A stretch of 64,000 nucleotides of DNA from Eledone cirrhosa. Lineage: Eukaryota. Within the stretch, counting starts at the first letter, position 1, and every line of letters begins with the position of its first letter. Shown one piece after another: positions 52,901 through 64,000 of this stretch. The stretch lies in the NCBI GenBank assembly GCA_964016885.1, contig OZ024740.1, forward strand, positions 2,666,001-2,730,000, in the 5' to 3' direction. The notes beneath the pieces are model-generated. The model worked only from the letters and a program-made list of their open reading frames with translations, did not search any database and was not told where the DNA came from. A program made the position numbers and the translations under genes.

Positions 52901-55900
52901 AATGGTAGAGTGGTTAGAACGTCAGATAGAATTTTAGAGTTGTTTGAACGTCAGATAGAATGACAGACCTTAGAACGTCAGATAGAATGTGGACGTTAGA
53001 ACGTCAGATAGAATTGTAGAGTGGTTAGAACGTCAGATAGAATGGGAGAGTGGTTAGAACGTGAGATAGAATAGTATAGTTATTAGAACGTCAGATAGAA
53101 TGATGGAGTTGTTAGAAAGTGAGATAGAATAGTAGAGTTGTTAGAACGTCAGATAGTATGGTAGAGTTGTCAGAACGTCAGAGAGAATGGTATAGTTGTT
53201 AGAACGCCAGATAGAATGTTATAGTGGTTAGAACATCAGATTGAATGGTAGAGTTGTTAGAACGTCAGATAGAAGTGTTGAGTGGTTAGAATGTCAGATA
53301 GAATGGTGGAGATGTTAGAACGTCAAGTAGAATAGTAGACTGGTTAGAACGTCAGATAGAATGGTAGAGTGGTTAGAACGTCAGATAGAATGGTAGAGTG
53401 GTTAGAACGTCAGATAGAATGGTAGAGATGTTAGAACGTCAGGTAGAATGGTAGAGTTTTTAGAACGTCAGATAGAATGGTAGAGTGGTTAGAACATCAG
53501 ATAGAATGGTAAAGTTGTTAGAATGTAAGATAGAATGGTAGAGATGTTAGAACGTCAGGTAGAATGGTAGAGTTTTTAGAACGTCAGATAGGATAGTAGA
53601 GTGGTTAGAACGTCAGATAGAATGGTAGAGTTGTTTCAACGTCAGTTAGAATGACAGACCTTAGAACGTCAGATAGAATGGCAGACGTTAAAAGGTCAGA
53701 TAGAATTGTACAGTGGATACAACGTCAGATAGAAGAGTAGAGTGGTTAGAACGTCAGATAGAATGGTAGAGTGGTTAGAACGTCAGATAGAATGGTAGAG
53801 ATGTTAGAACGTCAGGTAGAATGGTAGAGTTTTTAGAACGTCAGATAGAATGGTAGAGTGGTTAGAACATCAAATAGAATGGTAGAGTTGTTAGAATGTA
53901 AGATAGACTGGTAGAGATGTTAGAACGTCAGGTAGAATGGTAGAGTTTTTAGAACGTCAGGTAGGATAGTAGAGTGGTTAGAACGTCAGATAGAATGGTA
54001 GAGTTGTTTCAACGTCAGATAGAATGACAGACCTTAGAACGTCAGATAGAATGGCAGACGTTAAAAGGTCAGATAGAATTGTACAGTTGATACAACGTCA
54101 GATAGAATAGTAGAGTGGTTAGAACGTCAGATAGAATGGTAGAGTGGTTAGAACGTCAAGTAGAATAGTAGAATGGTTAGAACGTCAGATAGAATGGTAG
54201 AGTGGTTAGAACGTCAGATAGAATTTTAGAGTTGTTTGAACGTCAGATAGAATGACAGACCTTAGAACGTCAGATAGAATGTGGACGTTAGAACGTCAGA
54301 TAGAATTGTAGAGTGGTTAGAACGTCAGATAGAATGGGAGAGTGGTTAGAACGTGAGATAGAATAGTATAGTTATTAGAACGTCAGATAGAATGATGGAG
54401 TTGTTAGAAAGTGAGATAGAATAGTAGAGTTGTTAGAACGTCAGATAGTATGGTAGAGTTGTCAGAACGTCAGAGAGAATGGTATAGTTGTTAGAACGCC
54501 AGATAGAATGTTATAGTGGTTAGAACATCAGATTGAATGGTAGAGTTGTTAGAACGTCAGATAGAAGTGTTGAGTGGTTAGAATGTCAGATAGAATGGTG
54601 GAGATGTTAGAACGTCAAGTAGAATAGTAGACTGGTTAGAACGTCAGATAGAATGGTAGAGTGGTTAGAACGTCAGATAGAATGGTAGAGTGGTTAGAAC
54701 GTCAGATAGAATGGTAGAGATGTTAGAACGTCAGGTAGAATGGTAGAGTTTTTAGAACGTCAGATAGAATGGTAGAGTGGTTAGAACATCAGATAGAATG
54801 GTAAAGTTGTTAGAATGTAAGATAGAATGGTAGAGATGTTAGAACGTCAGGTAGAATGGTAGAGTTTTTAGAACGTCAGATAGGATAGTAGAGTGGTTAG
54901 AACGTCAGATAGAATGGTAGAGTTGTTTCAACGTCAGTTAGAATGACAGACCTTAGAACGTCAGATAGAATGGCAGACGTTAAAAGGTCAGATAGAATTG
55001 TACAGTGGATACAACGTCAGATAGAAGAGTAGAGTGGTTAGAACGTCAGATAGAATGGTAGAGTGGTTAGAACGTCAGATAGAATGGTAGAGATGTTAGA
55101 ACGTCAGGTAGAATGGTAGAGTTTTTAGAACGTCAGATAGAATGGTAGAGTGGTTAGAACATCAAATAGAATGGTAGAGTTGTTAGAATGTAAGATAGAC
55201 TGGTAGAGATGTTAGAACGTCAGGTAGAATGGTAGAGTTTTTAGAACGTCAGGTAGGATAGTAGAGTGGTTAGAACGTCAGATAGAATGGTAGAGTTGTT
55301 TCAACGTCAGATAGAATGACAGACCTTAGAACGTCAGATAGAATGGCAGACGTTAAAAGGTCAGATAGAATTGTACAGTTGATACAACGTCAGATAGAAT
55401 AGTAGAGTGGTTAGAACGTCAGATAGAATGGTAGAGTGGTTAGAACGTCTCATAGAAGGTTAGAGATGTTAGAACGTCAGATAGAATGGTATAGTTGTTA
55501 GAACGTCAGATAGAATGGTAGAGTTGTTAGAACGTTAGATAGAATGGTAGAGATATTAGAACGTCAGGTAGAATGGTGGAGTTGTTAGAACGTCAAGTAG
55601 GATAGTAGACTGGTTAGAACGTCAGATAGAATGGTAGAGTGGTTATAACGTCAGATAGAATGGTAGAGTTGTTAGAACGTCAGATAGAATGGTAGAGATG
55701 TTAGAACGTCAGGTAGAATGGTAGAGTTTTTAGAACGTCAGATACGATAGTAGAGTTGTTTCAACGTCAGATAGAGTGGTAGAGTGGTTAGAACGTCAGA
55801 TAGAATGACAGACCTTAGAACGTCAGATAGAATGGCAGACGTTAAAAGGTCAGATAGAATGGTACAGTGGTTACAACGTCAGATAGAATAGTAGAGTGAT

Positions 55901-58900
55901 TAGAACGTCAGATAGAATGGTAGAGTGGTTAGAACTTCACATAGAATGGTAGAGTTGTTAAAACGTTAGATAGAATGGCAGGCGTTAGAAAGTCATAGGG
56001 ATTGGTAGAGTGGTTTGAACGTCACGGAGATTAGTGTCAGGTAGAATAGTAGAGTTGTTAGAACGTGAGATAGAATGGTAGAGTAGTTAGAACGTCAGAT
56101 AGAATGGTAGAGTGGTTAGAACGTCAGATAGAATGGTAGAGATGTTAGAACGTCAGGGAGAATGGTAGAGTTTTTAGAACGTCAGATAGAATGGTAGAGT
56201 GGTTAGAACATCAGATAGAATGGTAGAGTTGTTAGAATGTAAGATAGAATGGTAGAGATGTTAGAACGTCAGGTAGAATGGTAGAGTTTTTAGAACGTCA
56301 GATAGGATAGTAGAGTGGTTAGAACGTCAGATAGAATGGTAGAGTTGTTTCAACGTCAGATAGAATGACAGACCTTAGAACGTCAGATAGAATGGCAGAC
56401 GTTAAAAGGTCAGATAGAATTGTACAGTGGATACAACGTCAGATAGAATAGTAGAGTGGTTAGAACGTCAGATAGAATGGTAGAGTGGTTAGAACGTCAG
56501 ATAGAATGGTAGAGATGTTAGAACGTCAGGTAGAATGGTAGAGTTTTTAGAACGTCAGATAGAATGGTAGACTGGTTAGAACATGAGATAGAATGGTAGA
56601 GTTGTTAGAATGTAAGATAGACTGGTAGAGATGTTAGAACGTCAGGTAGAATGGTAGAGTTTTTAGAACGTCAGGTAGGATAGTAGAGTGGTTAGAACGT
56701 CAGATAGAATGGTAGAGTTGTTTCAACGTCAGATAGAATGACAGACCTTAGAACGTCAGATAGAATGGCAGACGTTAAAAGGTCAGATAGAATGGTACAG
56801 TGGTTACAACGTCAGATAGAATAGTAGAGTGGTTAGAACGTCAGATAGAATGGTAGAGTGGTTAGAACTTCACATAGAATGGTAGAGTTGTTAAAACGTT
56901 AGATAAAATGGCAGGCGTTAGAACGTCATAGGGATTGGTAGAGTGGTTTGGACGTCACGGAGAATAGTGTCAGGTAGAATAGTAGAGTTGTTAGAACGTT
57001 AGATAGAATGGTAGAGTAGTTAGAACGTCAGATAGAATGGTAGAGTGTTAATAACGTCAGATAAAATGTTAGAGTTGTTAGAAAGTCAGATAGAATGGCA
57101 GACGTTAGAACGTCAGATAGAATGGTAGAGTTGTTTCAACGTCAGATAGAATGGTATAGTTGTTAGAACGTAAGATAGAATAACAGACGTTAGAACGTCA
57201 GTTAGAATGGTAGAGTGGTTAGAACGTCAGATAGAATGGTAGAATTGTTAGAACGTCAGATAGAATGGTAGAGTAGTTAGAACGTCAGATAGAATGACAG
57301 AGTTGTTTGAACGTGTGATAGAATGGCAGAGTTGTTAGAACGTCAGATAGAATGGTAGAGTGGTTAGAACGTCAAGTAGAATAGTAGAATGGTTAGAACG
57401 TCAGATAGAATGGTAGAGTGGTTAGAACGTCAGATAGAATTTTAGAGTTGTTTGAACGTCAGATAGAATGACAGACCTTAGAACGTCAGATAGAATGTGG
57501 ACGTTAGAACGTCAGATAGAATTGTAGAGTGGTTAGAACGTCAGATAGAATGGGAGAGTGGTTAGAACGTGAGATAGAATAGTATAGTTATTAGAACGTC
57601 AGATAGAATGATGGAGTTGTTAGAAAGTGAGATAGAATAGTAGAGTTGTTAGAACGTCAGATAGTATGGTAGAGTTGTCAGAACGTCAGAGAGAATGGTA
57701 TAGTTGTTAGAACGCCAGATAGAATGTTATAGTGGTTAGAACATCAGATTGAATGGTAGAGTTGTTAGAACGTCAGATAGAAGTGTTGAGTGGTTAGAAT
57801 GTCAGATAGAATGGTGGAGATGTTAGAACGTCAAGTAGAATAGTAGACTGGTTAGAACGTCAGATAGAATGGTAGAGTGGTTAGAACGTCAGATAGAATG
57901 GTAGAGTGGTTAGAACGTCAGATAGAATGGTAGAGATGTTAGAACGTCAGGTAGAATGGTAGAGTTTTTAGAACGTCAGATAGAATGGTAGAGTGGTTAG
58001 AACATCAGATAGAATGGTAAAGTTGTTAGAATGTAAGATAGAATGGTAGAGATGTTAGAACGTCAGGTAGAATGGTAGAGTTTTTAGAACGTCAGATAGG
58101 ATAGTAGAGTGGTTAGAACGTCAGATAGAATGGTAGAGTTGTTTCAACGTCAGTTAGAATGACAGACCTTAGAACGTCAGATAGAATGGCAGACGTTAAA
58201 AGGTCAGATAGAATTGTACAGTGGATACAACGTCAGATAGAAGAGTAGAGTGGTTAGAACGTCAGATAGAATGGTAGAGTGGTTAGAACGTCAGATAGAA
58301 TGGTAGAGATGTTAGAACGTCAGGTAGAATGGTAGAGTTTTTAGAACGTCAGATAGAATGGTAGAGTGGTTAGAACATCAAATAGAATGGTAGAGTTGTT
58401 AGAATGTAAGATAGACTGGTAGAGATGTTAGAACGTCAGGTAGAATGGTAGAGTTTTTAGAACGTCAGGTAGGATAGTAGAGTGGTTAGAACGTCAGATA
58501 GAATGGTAGAGTTGTTTCAACGTCAGATAGAATGACAGACCTTAGAACGTCAGATAGAATGGCAGACGTTAAAAGGTCAGATAGAATTGTACAGTTGATA
58601 CAACGTCAGATAGAATAGTAGAGTGGTTAGAACGTCAGATAGAATGGTAGAGTGGTTAGAACGTCTCATAGAAGGTTAGAGATGTTAGAACGTCAGATAG
58701 AATGGTATAGTTGTTAGAACGTCAGATAGAATGGTAGAGTTGTTAGAACGTTAGATAGAATGGTAGAGATATTAGAACGTCAGGTAGAATGGTGGAGTTG
58801 TTAGAACGTCAAGTAGGATAGTAGACTGGTTAGAACGTCAGATAGAATGGTAGAGTGGTTATAACGTCAGATAGAATGGTAGAGTTGTTAGAACGTCAGA

Positions 58901-61900
58901 TAGAATGGTAGAGATGTTAGAACGTCAGGTAGAATGGTAGAGTTTTTAGAACGTCAGATACGATAGTAGAGTTGTTTCAACGTCAGATAGAGTGGTAGAG
59001 TGGTTAGAACGTCAGATAGAATGACAGACCTTAGAACGTCAGATAGAATGGCAGACGTTAAAAGGTCAGATAGAATGGTACAGTGGTTACAACGTCAGAT
59101 AGAATAGTAGAGTGATTAGAACGTCAGATAGAATGGTAGAGTGGTTAGAACTTCACATAGAATGGTAGAGTTGTTAAAACGTTAGATAGAATGGCAGGCG
59201 TTAGAAAGTCATAGGGATTGGTAGAGTGGTTTGAACGTCACGGAGATTAGTGTCAGGTAGAATAGTAGAGTTGTTAGAACGTGAGATAGAATGGTAGAGT
59301 AGTTAGAACGTCAGATAGAATGGTAGAGTGGTTAGAACGTCAGATAGAATGGTAGAGATGTTAGAACGTCAGGGAGAATGGTAGAGTTTTTAGAACGTCA
59401 GATAGAATGGTAGAGTGGTTAGAACATCAGATAGAATGGTAGAGTTGTTAGAATGTAAGATAGAATGGTAGAGATGTTAGAACGTCAGGTAGAATGGTAG
59501 AGTTTTTAGAACGTCAGATAGGATAGTAGAGTGGTTAGAACGTCAGATAGAATGGTAGAGTTGTTTCAACGTCAGATAGAATGACAGACCTTAGAACGTC
59601 AGATAGAATGGCAGACGTTAAAAGGTCAGATAGAATTGTACAGTGGATACAACGTCAGATAGAATAGTAGAGTGGTTAGAACGTCAGATAGAATGGTAGA
59701 GTGGTTAGAACGTCAGATAGAATGGTAGAGATGTTAGAACGTCAGGTAGAATGGTAGAGTTTTTAGAACGTCAGATAGAATGGTAGACTGGTTAGAACAT
59801 GAGATAGAATGGTAGAGTTGTTAGAATGTAAGATAGACTGGTAGAGATGTTAGAACGTCAGGTAGAATGGTAGAGTTTTTAGAACGTCAGGTAGGATAGT
59901 AGAGTGGTTAGAACGTCAGATAGAATGGTAGAGTTGTTTCAACGTCAGATAGAATGACAGACCTTAGAACGTCAGATAGAATGGCAGACGTTAAAAGGTC
60001 AGATAGAATGGTACAGTGGTTACAACGTCAGATAGAATAGTAGAGTGGTTAGAACGTCAGATAGAATGGTAGAGTGGTTAGAACTTCACATAGAATGGTA
60101 GAGTTGTTAAAACGTTAGATAAAATGGCAGGCGTTAGAACGTCATAGGGATTGGTAGAGTGGTTTGGACGTCACGGAGAATAGTGTCAGGTAGAATAGTA
60201 GAGTTGTTAGAACGTTAGATAGAATGGTAGAGTAGTTAGAACGTCAGATAGAATGGTAGAGTGTTAATAACGTCAGATAAAATGTTAGAGTTGTTAGAAA
60301 GTCAGATAGAATGGCAGACGTTAGAACGTCAGATAGAATGGTAGAGTTGTTTCAACGTCAGATAGAATGGTATAGTTGTTAGAACGTAAGATAGAATAAC
60401 AGACGTTAGAACGTCAGTTAGAATGGTAGAGTGGTTAGAACGTCAGATAGAATGGTAGAATTGTTAGAACGTCAGATAGAATGGTAGAGTAGTTAGAACG
60501 TCAGATAGAATGACAGAGTTGTTTGAACGTGTGATAGAATGGCAGAGTTGTTAGAACGTCAGATAGAATGGTAGAGTGGTTAGAACGTCAAGTAGAATAG
60601 TAGAATGGTTAGAACGTCAGATAGAATGGTAGAGTGGTTAGAACGTCAGATAGAATTTTAGAGTTGTTTGAACGTCAGATAGAATGACAGACCTTAGAAC
60701 GTCAGATAGAATGTGGACGTTAGAACGTCAGATAGAATTGTAGAGTGGTTAGAACGTCAGATAGAATGGGAGAGTGGTTAGAACGTGAGATAGAATAGTA
60801 TAGTTATTAGAACGTCAGATAGAATGATGGAGTTGTTAGAAAGTGAGATAGAATAGTAGAGTTGTTAGAACGTCAGATAGTATGGTAGAGTTGTCAGAAC
60901 GTCAGAGAGAATGGTATAGTTGTTAGAACGCCAGATAGAATGTTATAGTGGTTAGAACATCAGATTGAATGGTAGAGTTGTTAGAACGTCAGATAGAAGT
61001 GTTGAGTGGTTAGAATGTCAGATAGAATGGTGGAGATGTTAGAACGTCAAGTAGAATAGTAGACTGGTTAGAACGTCAGATAGAATGGTAGAGTGGTTAG
61101 AACGTCAGATAGAATGGTAGAGTGGTTAGAACGTCAGATAGAATGGTAGAGATGTTAGAACGTCAGGTAGAATGGTAGAGTTTTTAGAACGTCAGATAGA
61201 ATGGTAGAGTGGTTAGAACATCAGATAGAATGGTAAAGTTGTTAGAATGTAAGATAGAATGGTAGAGATGTTAGAACGTCAGGTAGAATGGTAGAGTTTT
61301 TAGAACGTCAGATAGGATAGTAGAGTGGTTAGAACGTCAGATAGAATGGTAGAGTTGTTTCAACGTCAGTTAGAATGACAGACCTTAGAACGTCAGATAG
61401 AATGGCAGACGTTAAAAGGTCAGATAGAATTGTACAGTGGATACAACGTCAGATAGAAGAGTAGAGTGGTTAGAACGTCAGATAGAATGGTAGAGTGGTT
61501 AGAACGTCAGATAGAATGGTAGAGATGTTAGAACGTCAGGTAGAATGGTAGAGTTTTTAGAACGTCAGATAGAATGGTAGAGTGGTTAGAACATCAAATA
61601 GAATGGTAGAGTTGTTAGAATGTAAGATAGACTGGTAGAGATGTTAGAACGTCAGGTAGAATGGTAGAGTTTTTAGAACGTCAGGTAGGATAGTAGAGTG
61701 GTTAGAACGTCAGATAGAATGGTAGAGTTGTTTCAACGTCAGATAGAATGACAGACCTTAGAACGTCAGATAGAATGGCAGACGTTAAAAGGTCAGATAG
61801 AATTGTACAGTTGATACAACGTCAGATAGAATAGTAGAGTGGTTAGAACGTCAGATAGAATGGTAGAGTGGTTAGAACGTCTCATAGAAGGTTAGAGATG

Positions 61901-62426
61901 TTAGAACGTCAGATAGAATGGTATAGTTGTTAGAACGTCAGATAGAATGGTAGAGTTGTTAGAACGTTAGATAGAATGGTAGAGATATTAGAACGTCAGG
62001 TAGAATGGTGGAGTTGTTAGAACGTCAAGTAGGATAGTAGACTGGTTAGAACGTCAGATAGAATGGTAGAGTGGTTATAACGTCAGATAGAATGGTAGAG
62101 TTGTTAGAACGTCAGATAGAATGGTAGAGATGTTAGAACGTCAGGTAGAATGGTAGAGTTTTTAGAACGTCAGATACGATAGTAGAGTTGTTTCAACGTC
62201 AGATAGAGTGGTAGAGTGGTTAGAACGTCAGATAGAATGACAGACCTTAGAACGTCAGATAGAATGGCAGACGTTAAAAGGTCAGATAGAATGGTACAGT
62301 GGTTACAACGTCAGATAGAATAGTAGAGTGATTAGAACGTCAGATAGAATGGTAGAGTGGTTAGAACTTCACATAGAATGGTAGAGTTGTTAAAACGTTA
62401 GATAGAATGGCAGGCGTTAGAAAGTC
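46921..62426. repeat. Homogeneous HOR core of satellite B: 2,283-bp (80-monomer) and 933-bp (33-monomer) segments alternating as a 3,216-bp (113-monomer) unit
   Basis: Landmark ATAGGGATTGG at 46921, 49204, 51487, 52420, 55995, 56928, 59211, 60144 and 62427, giving spacings 2283, 2283, 933, 3575, 933, 2283, 933, 2283. The lengths reconcile with the visible deletions: 80x29-37=2283 and 33x29-24=933. Confidence 0.92.
52826..55409. repeat. 1,292-bp (45-monomer) tandem duplication inside one HOR copy of satellite B
   Basis: The 26-bp variant ...GAATGTGGACGTT occurs at 52988 and 54280. This explains the 3,575 spacing (2,283 + 1,292), and 45x29-13=1292. Confidence 0.9.
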
Positions 62427-64000
62427 ATAGGGATTGGTAGAGTGGTTTGAACGTCACGGAGATTAGTGTCAGGTAGAATAGTAGAGTTGTTAGAACGTGA
62501 GATAGAATGGTAGTGTAGTTAGAACGTCAGATAGAATGGTAGAGTGTTTATAACGTCAGATAAAATGTTGGAGTTGTTAGAAAGTCAGATAGAATGGCAG
62601 ACGTTAGAACGTCAGATAGAATGGTAGAGTTGTTTCAACGTCAGATAGAATGGTATAGTTGTTAGAACGTAAGATAGAATAACAGACGTTAGAACGTCAG
62701 TTAGAATGGTAGAGTGGTTAGAACGTCAGATAGAATGGTAGAGTTGTTAGAACGTCAGATAGAATAGTAGAATTGTTAGAACGTCAGGTAGAATGGTAGA
62801 GTAGTTAGAACGTCAGATAGAATGGTAGACTTGTTAGAACGTCAGGTAGAATGTTAGAGTTGTTTGAACGTGTGATAGAATGGCAGAGTTGTTAGAACGT
62901 CAGATAGAATAGTAGAGTGGTTAGAACGTCAGATATAATGGTAGAGTGGTTAGAACGTCAGATAGAATTTTAGAGTTGTTTCAACGTCAGATAGAATGAC
63001 AGACCTTAGAACGTCAGATAGAATGTGGACGCTAGAACGTCAGATAGAATTGTAGAGTGGTTAGAACGTCAGATAGAATGGGAGAGTGGTTAGAACGTCA
63101 GATAGAATAGTATAGTTATTAGAACGTCAGATAGAATGATGGAGTTGTTAGAAAGTGAGATAGAATAGTAGAGTTGTTAGAACGTCAGATAGTATAGTGA
63201 GTTGTCAGAACGTCAGAGAGAATGGTATAGTTGTTAGAACACCAGATAGAATGTTATAGTGGTTAGAACATCAGATTGAATGGTAGAGTTGTTAGAACGT
63301 CAGATAGAAGTGTTGAGTGGTTAGAATGTCAGATAGAATGGTGGAGATGTTAGAACGTCAAGTAGAATAGTAGACTGGTTAGAACGTCAGATAGAATGGT
63401 AGAGTGGTTAGAACGTCAGATAGAATGGTAGAGTGGTTAGAACGTCAGATAGAATGGTAGAGATGTTAGAACGTCAGGTAGAATGGTAGAGTTTTTAGAA
63501 CGTCAGATAGAATGGTAGAGTGGTTAGAACATCAGATAGAATGGTAGAGTTGTTAGAATGTAAGATAGAATGGTAGAGATGTTAGAACGTCAGTTAGAAT
63601 GGTAGAGTTTTTAGAACGTCAGATAGGATAGTAGAGTGGTTAGAACGTCAGATAGAATGGTAGAGTTGTTTCAACGTCAGTTAGAATGACAGACCTTAGA
63701 ACGTCAGATAGAATGGCAGACGTTAAAAGGTCACATAGAATTGTACAGTGGATACAACGTCAGATAGAATAGTAGAGTGGTTAGAACGTCAGATAGAATG
63801 GTAGAGTTGTTAGAACGTCAGATAGAATAGTAGAATTGTTAGAACGTCAGATAGAATGGTAGAGTAGTTAGAACGTCAGATAGAATGGTAGACTTGTTAG
63901 AACGTCAGGTAGAATGTTAGAGTTGTTTGAACGTGTGATAGAATGGCAGAGTTGTTAGAACGTCAGATAGAATGGTAGAGTGGTTAGAACGTCAAGTAGA

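Larger units (their letters stand above)
37329..64000. repeat. Satellite B: tandem array of 29-bp monomers (roughly 930 copies, with 26/27-bp deletion variants), running off the right window edge
   Basis: AGAACGTCAGATAGAATGGTAGAGT(T/G)GTT recurs continuously. The 27-bp variant AGAACGTCAGATAGAATGGCAGACGTT is common. Consensus composition A10 C2 G9 T8. The ORF track has no entry here. Confidence 0.98.

Noticed and set aside
37331-64000. 29-bp unit as a CRISPR direct repeat
   Set aside because: The units are directly head-to-tail with no spacers.
1-64000. Telomeric repeats or a telomere fusion (CCCCAAAA in A, GGTTAG and TAGGG in B)
   Set aside because: These motifs occur at most once per monomer and never as tandem telomerase-type runs. 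The C-rich then G-rich polarity is opposite to an end-to-end fusion.
1-64000. Assignment to a named satellite family or organism
   Set aside because: I do not reliably recognise either consensus. A BLASTn, Dfam or Repbase search of both monomers would be needed.

Overview
The whole window is tandem-repeat (satellite-type) DNA. I found no credible gene, RNA gene, transposon or CRISPR array. Two different arrays abut with no spacer. Satellite A (1-~37,330) has a 47/48-bp monomer, consensus AAAACCTCGTTATTCACCAAGCTATCTTTCTCTACCTTGTCTTCCCCC, and is C/T-rich on the + strand. Satellite B (~37,329-64,000) has a 29-bp monomer, consensus AGAACGTCAGATAGAATGGTAGAGT(T/G)GTT, and is G/A-rich on the + strand. 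The listed ORFs are best explained as by-products of the 48-bp monomer, which has no + strand stop codon in any frame. Each array has a young, near-identical higher-order repeat (HOR) core inside older, more diverged flanks. In A this is an 8,625/8,626-bp tandem duplication with a nested 1,287-bp duplication. In B it is a nested 29 > 116 > 373 > 933/2,283 > 3,216-bp hierarchy with a 1,292-bp duplication. The most notable points are the clean junction with inverted strand skew, short motifs shared by the two monomers in opposite orientation, and a duplication history readable from diagnostic variants. The architecture suggests eukaryotic heterochromatin (inference). I cannot assign the organism or a named satellite family, and offsets were counted by eye from landmark variants and the ORF track.
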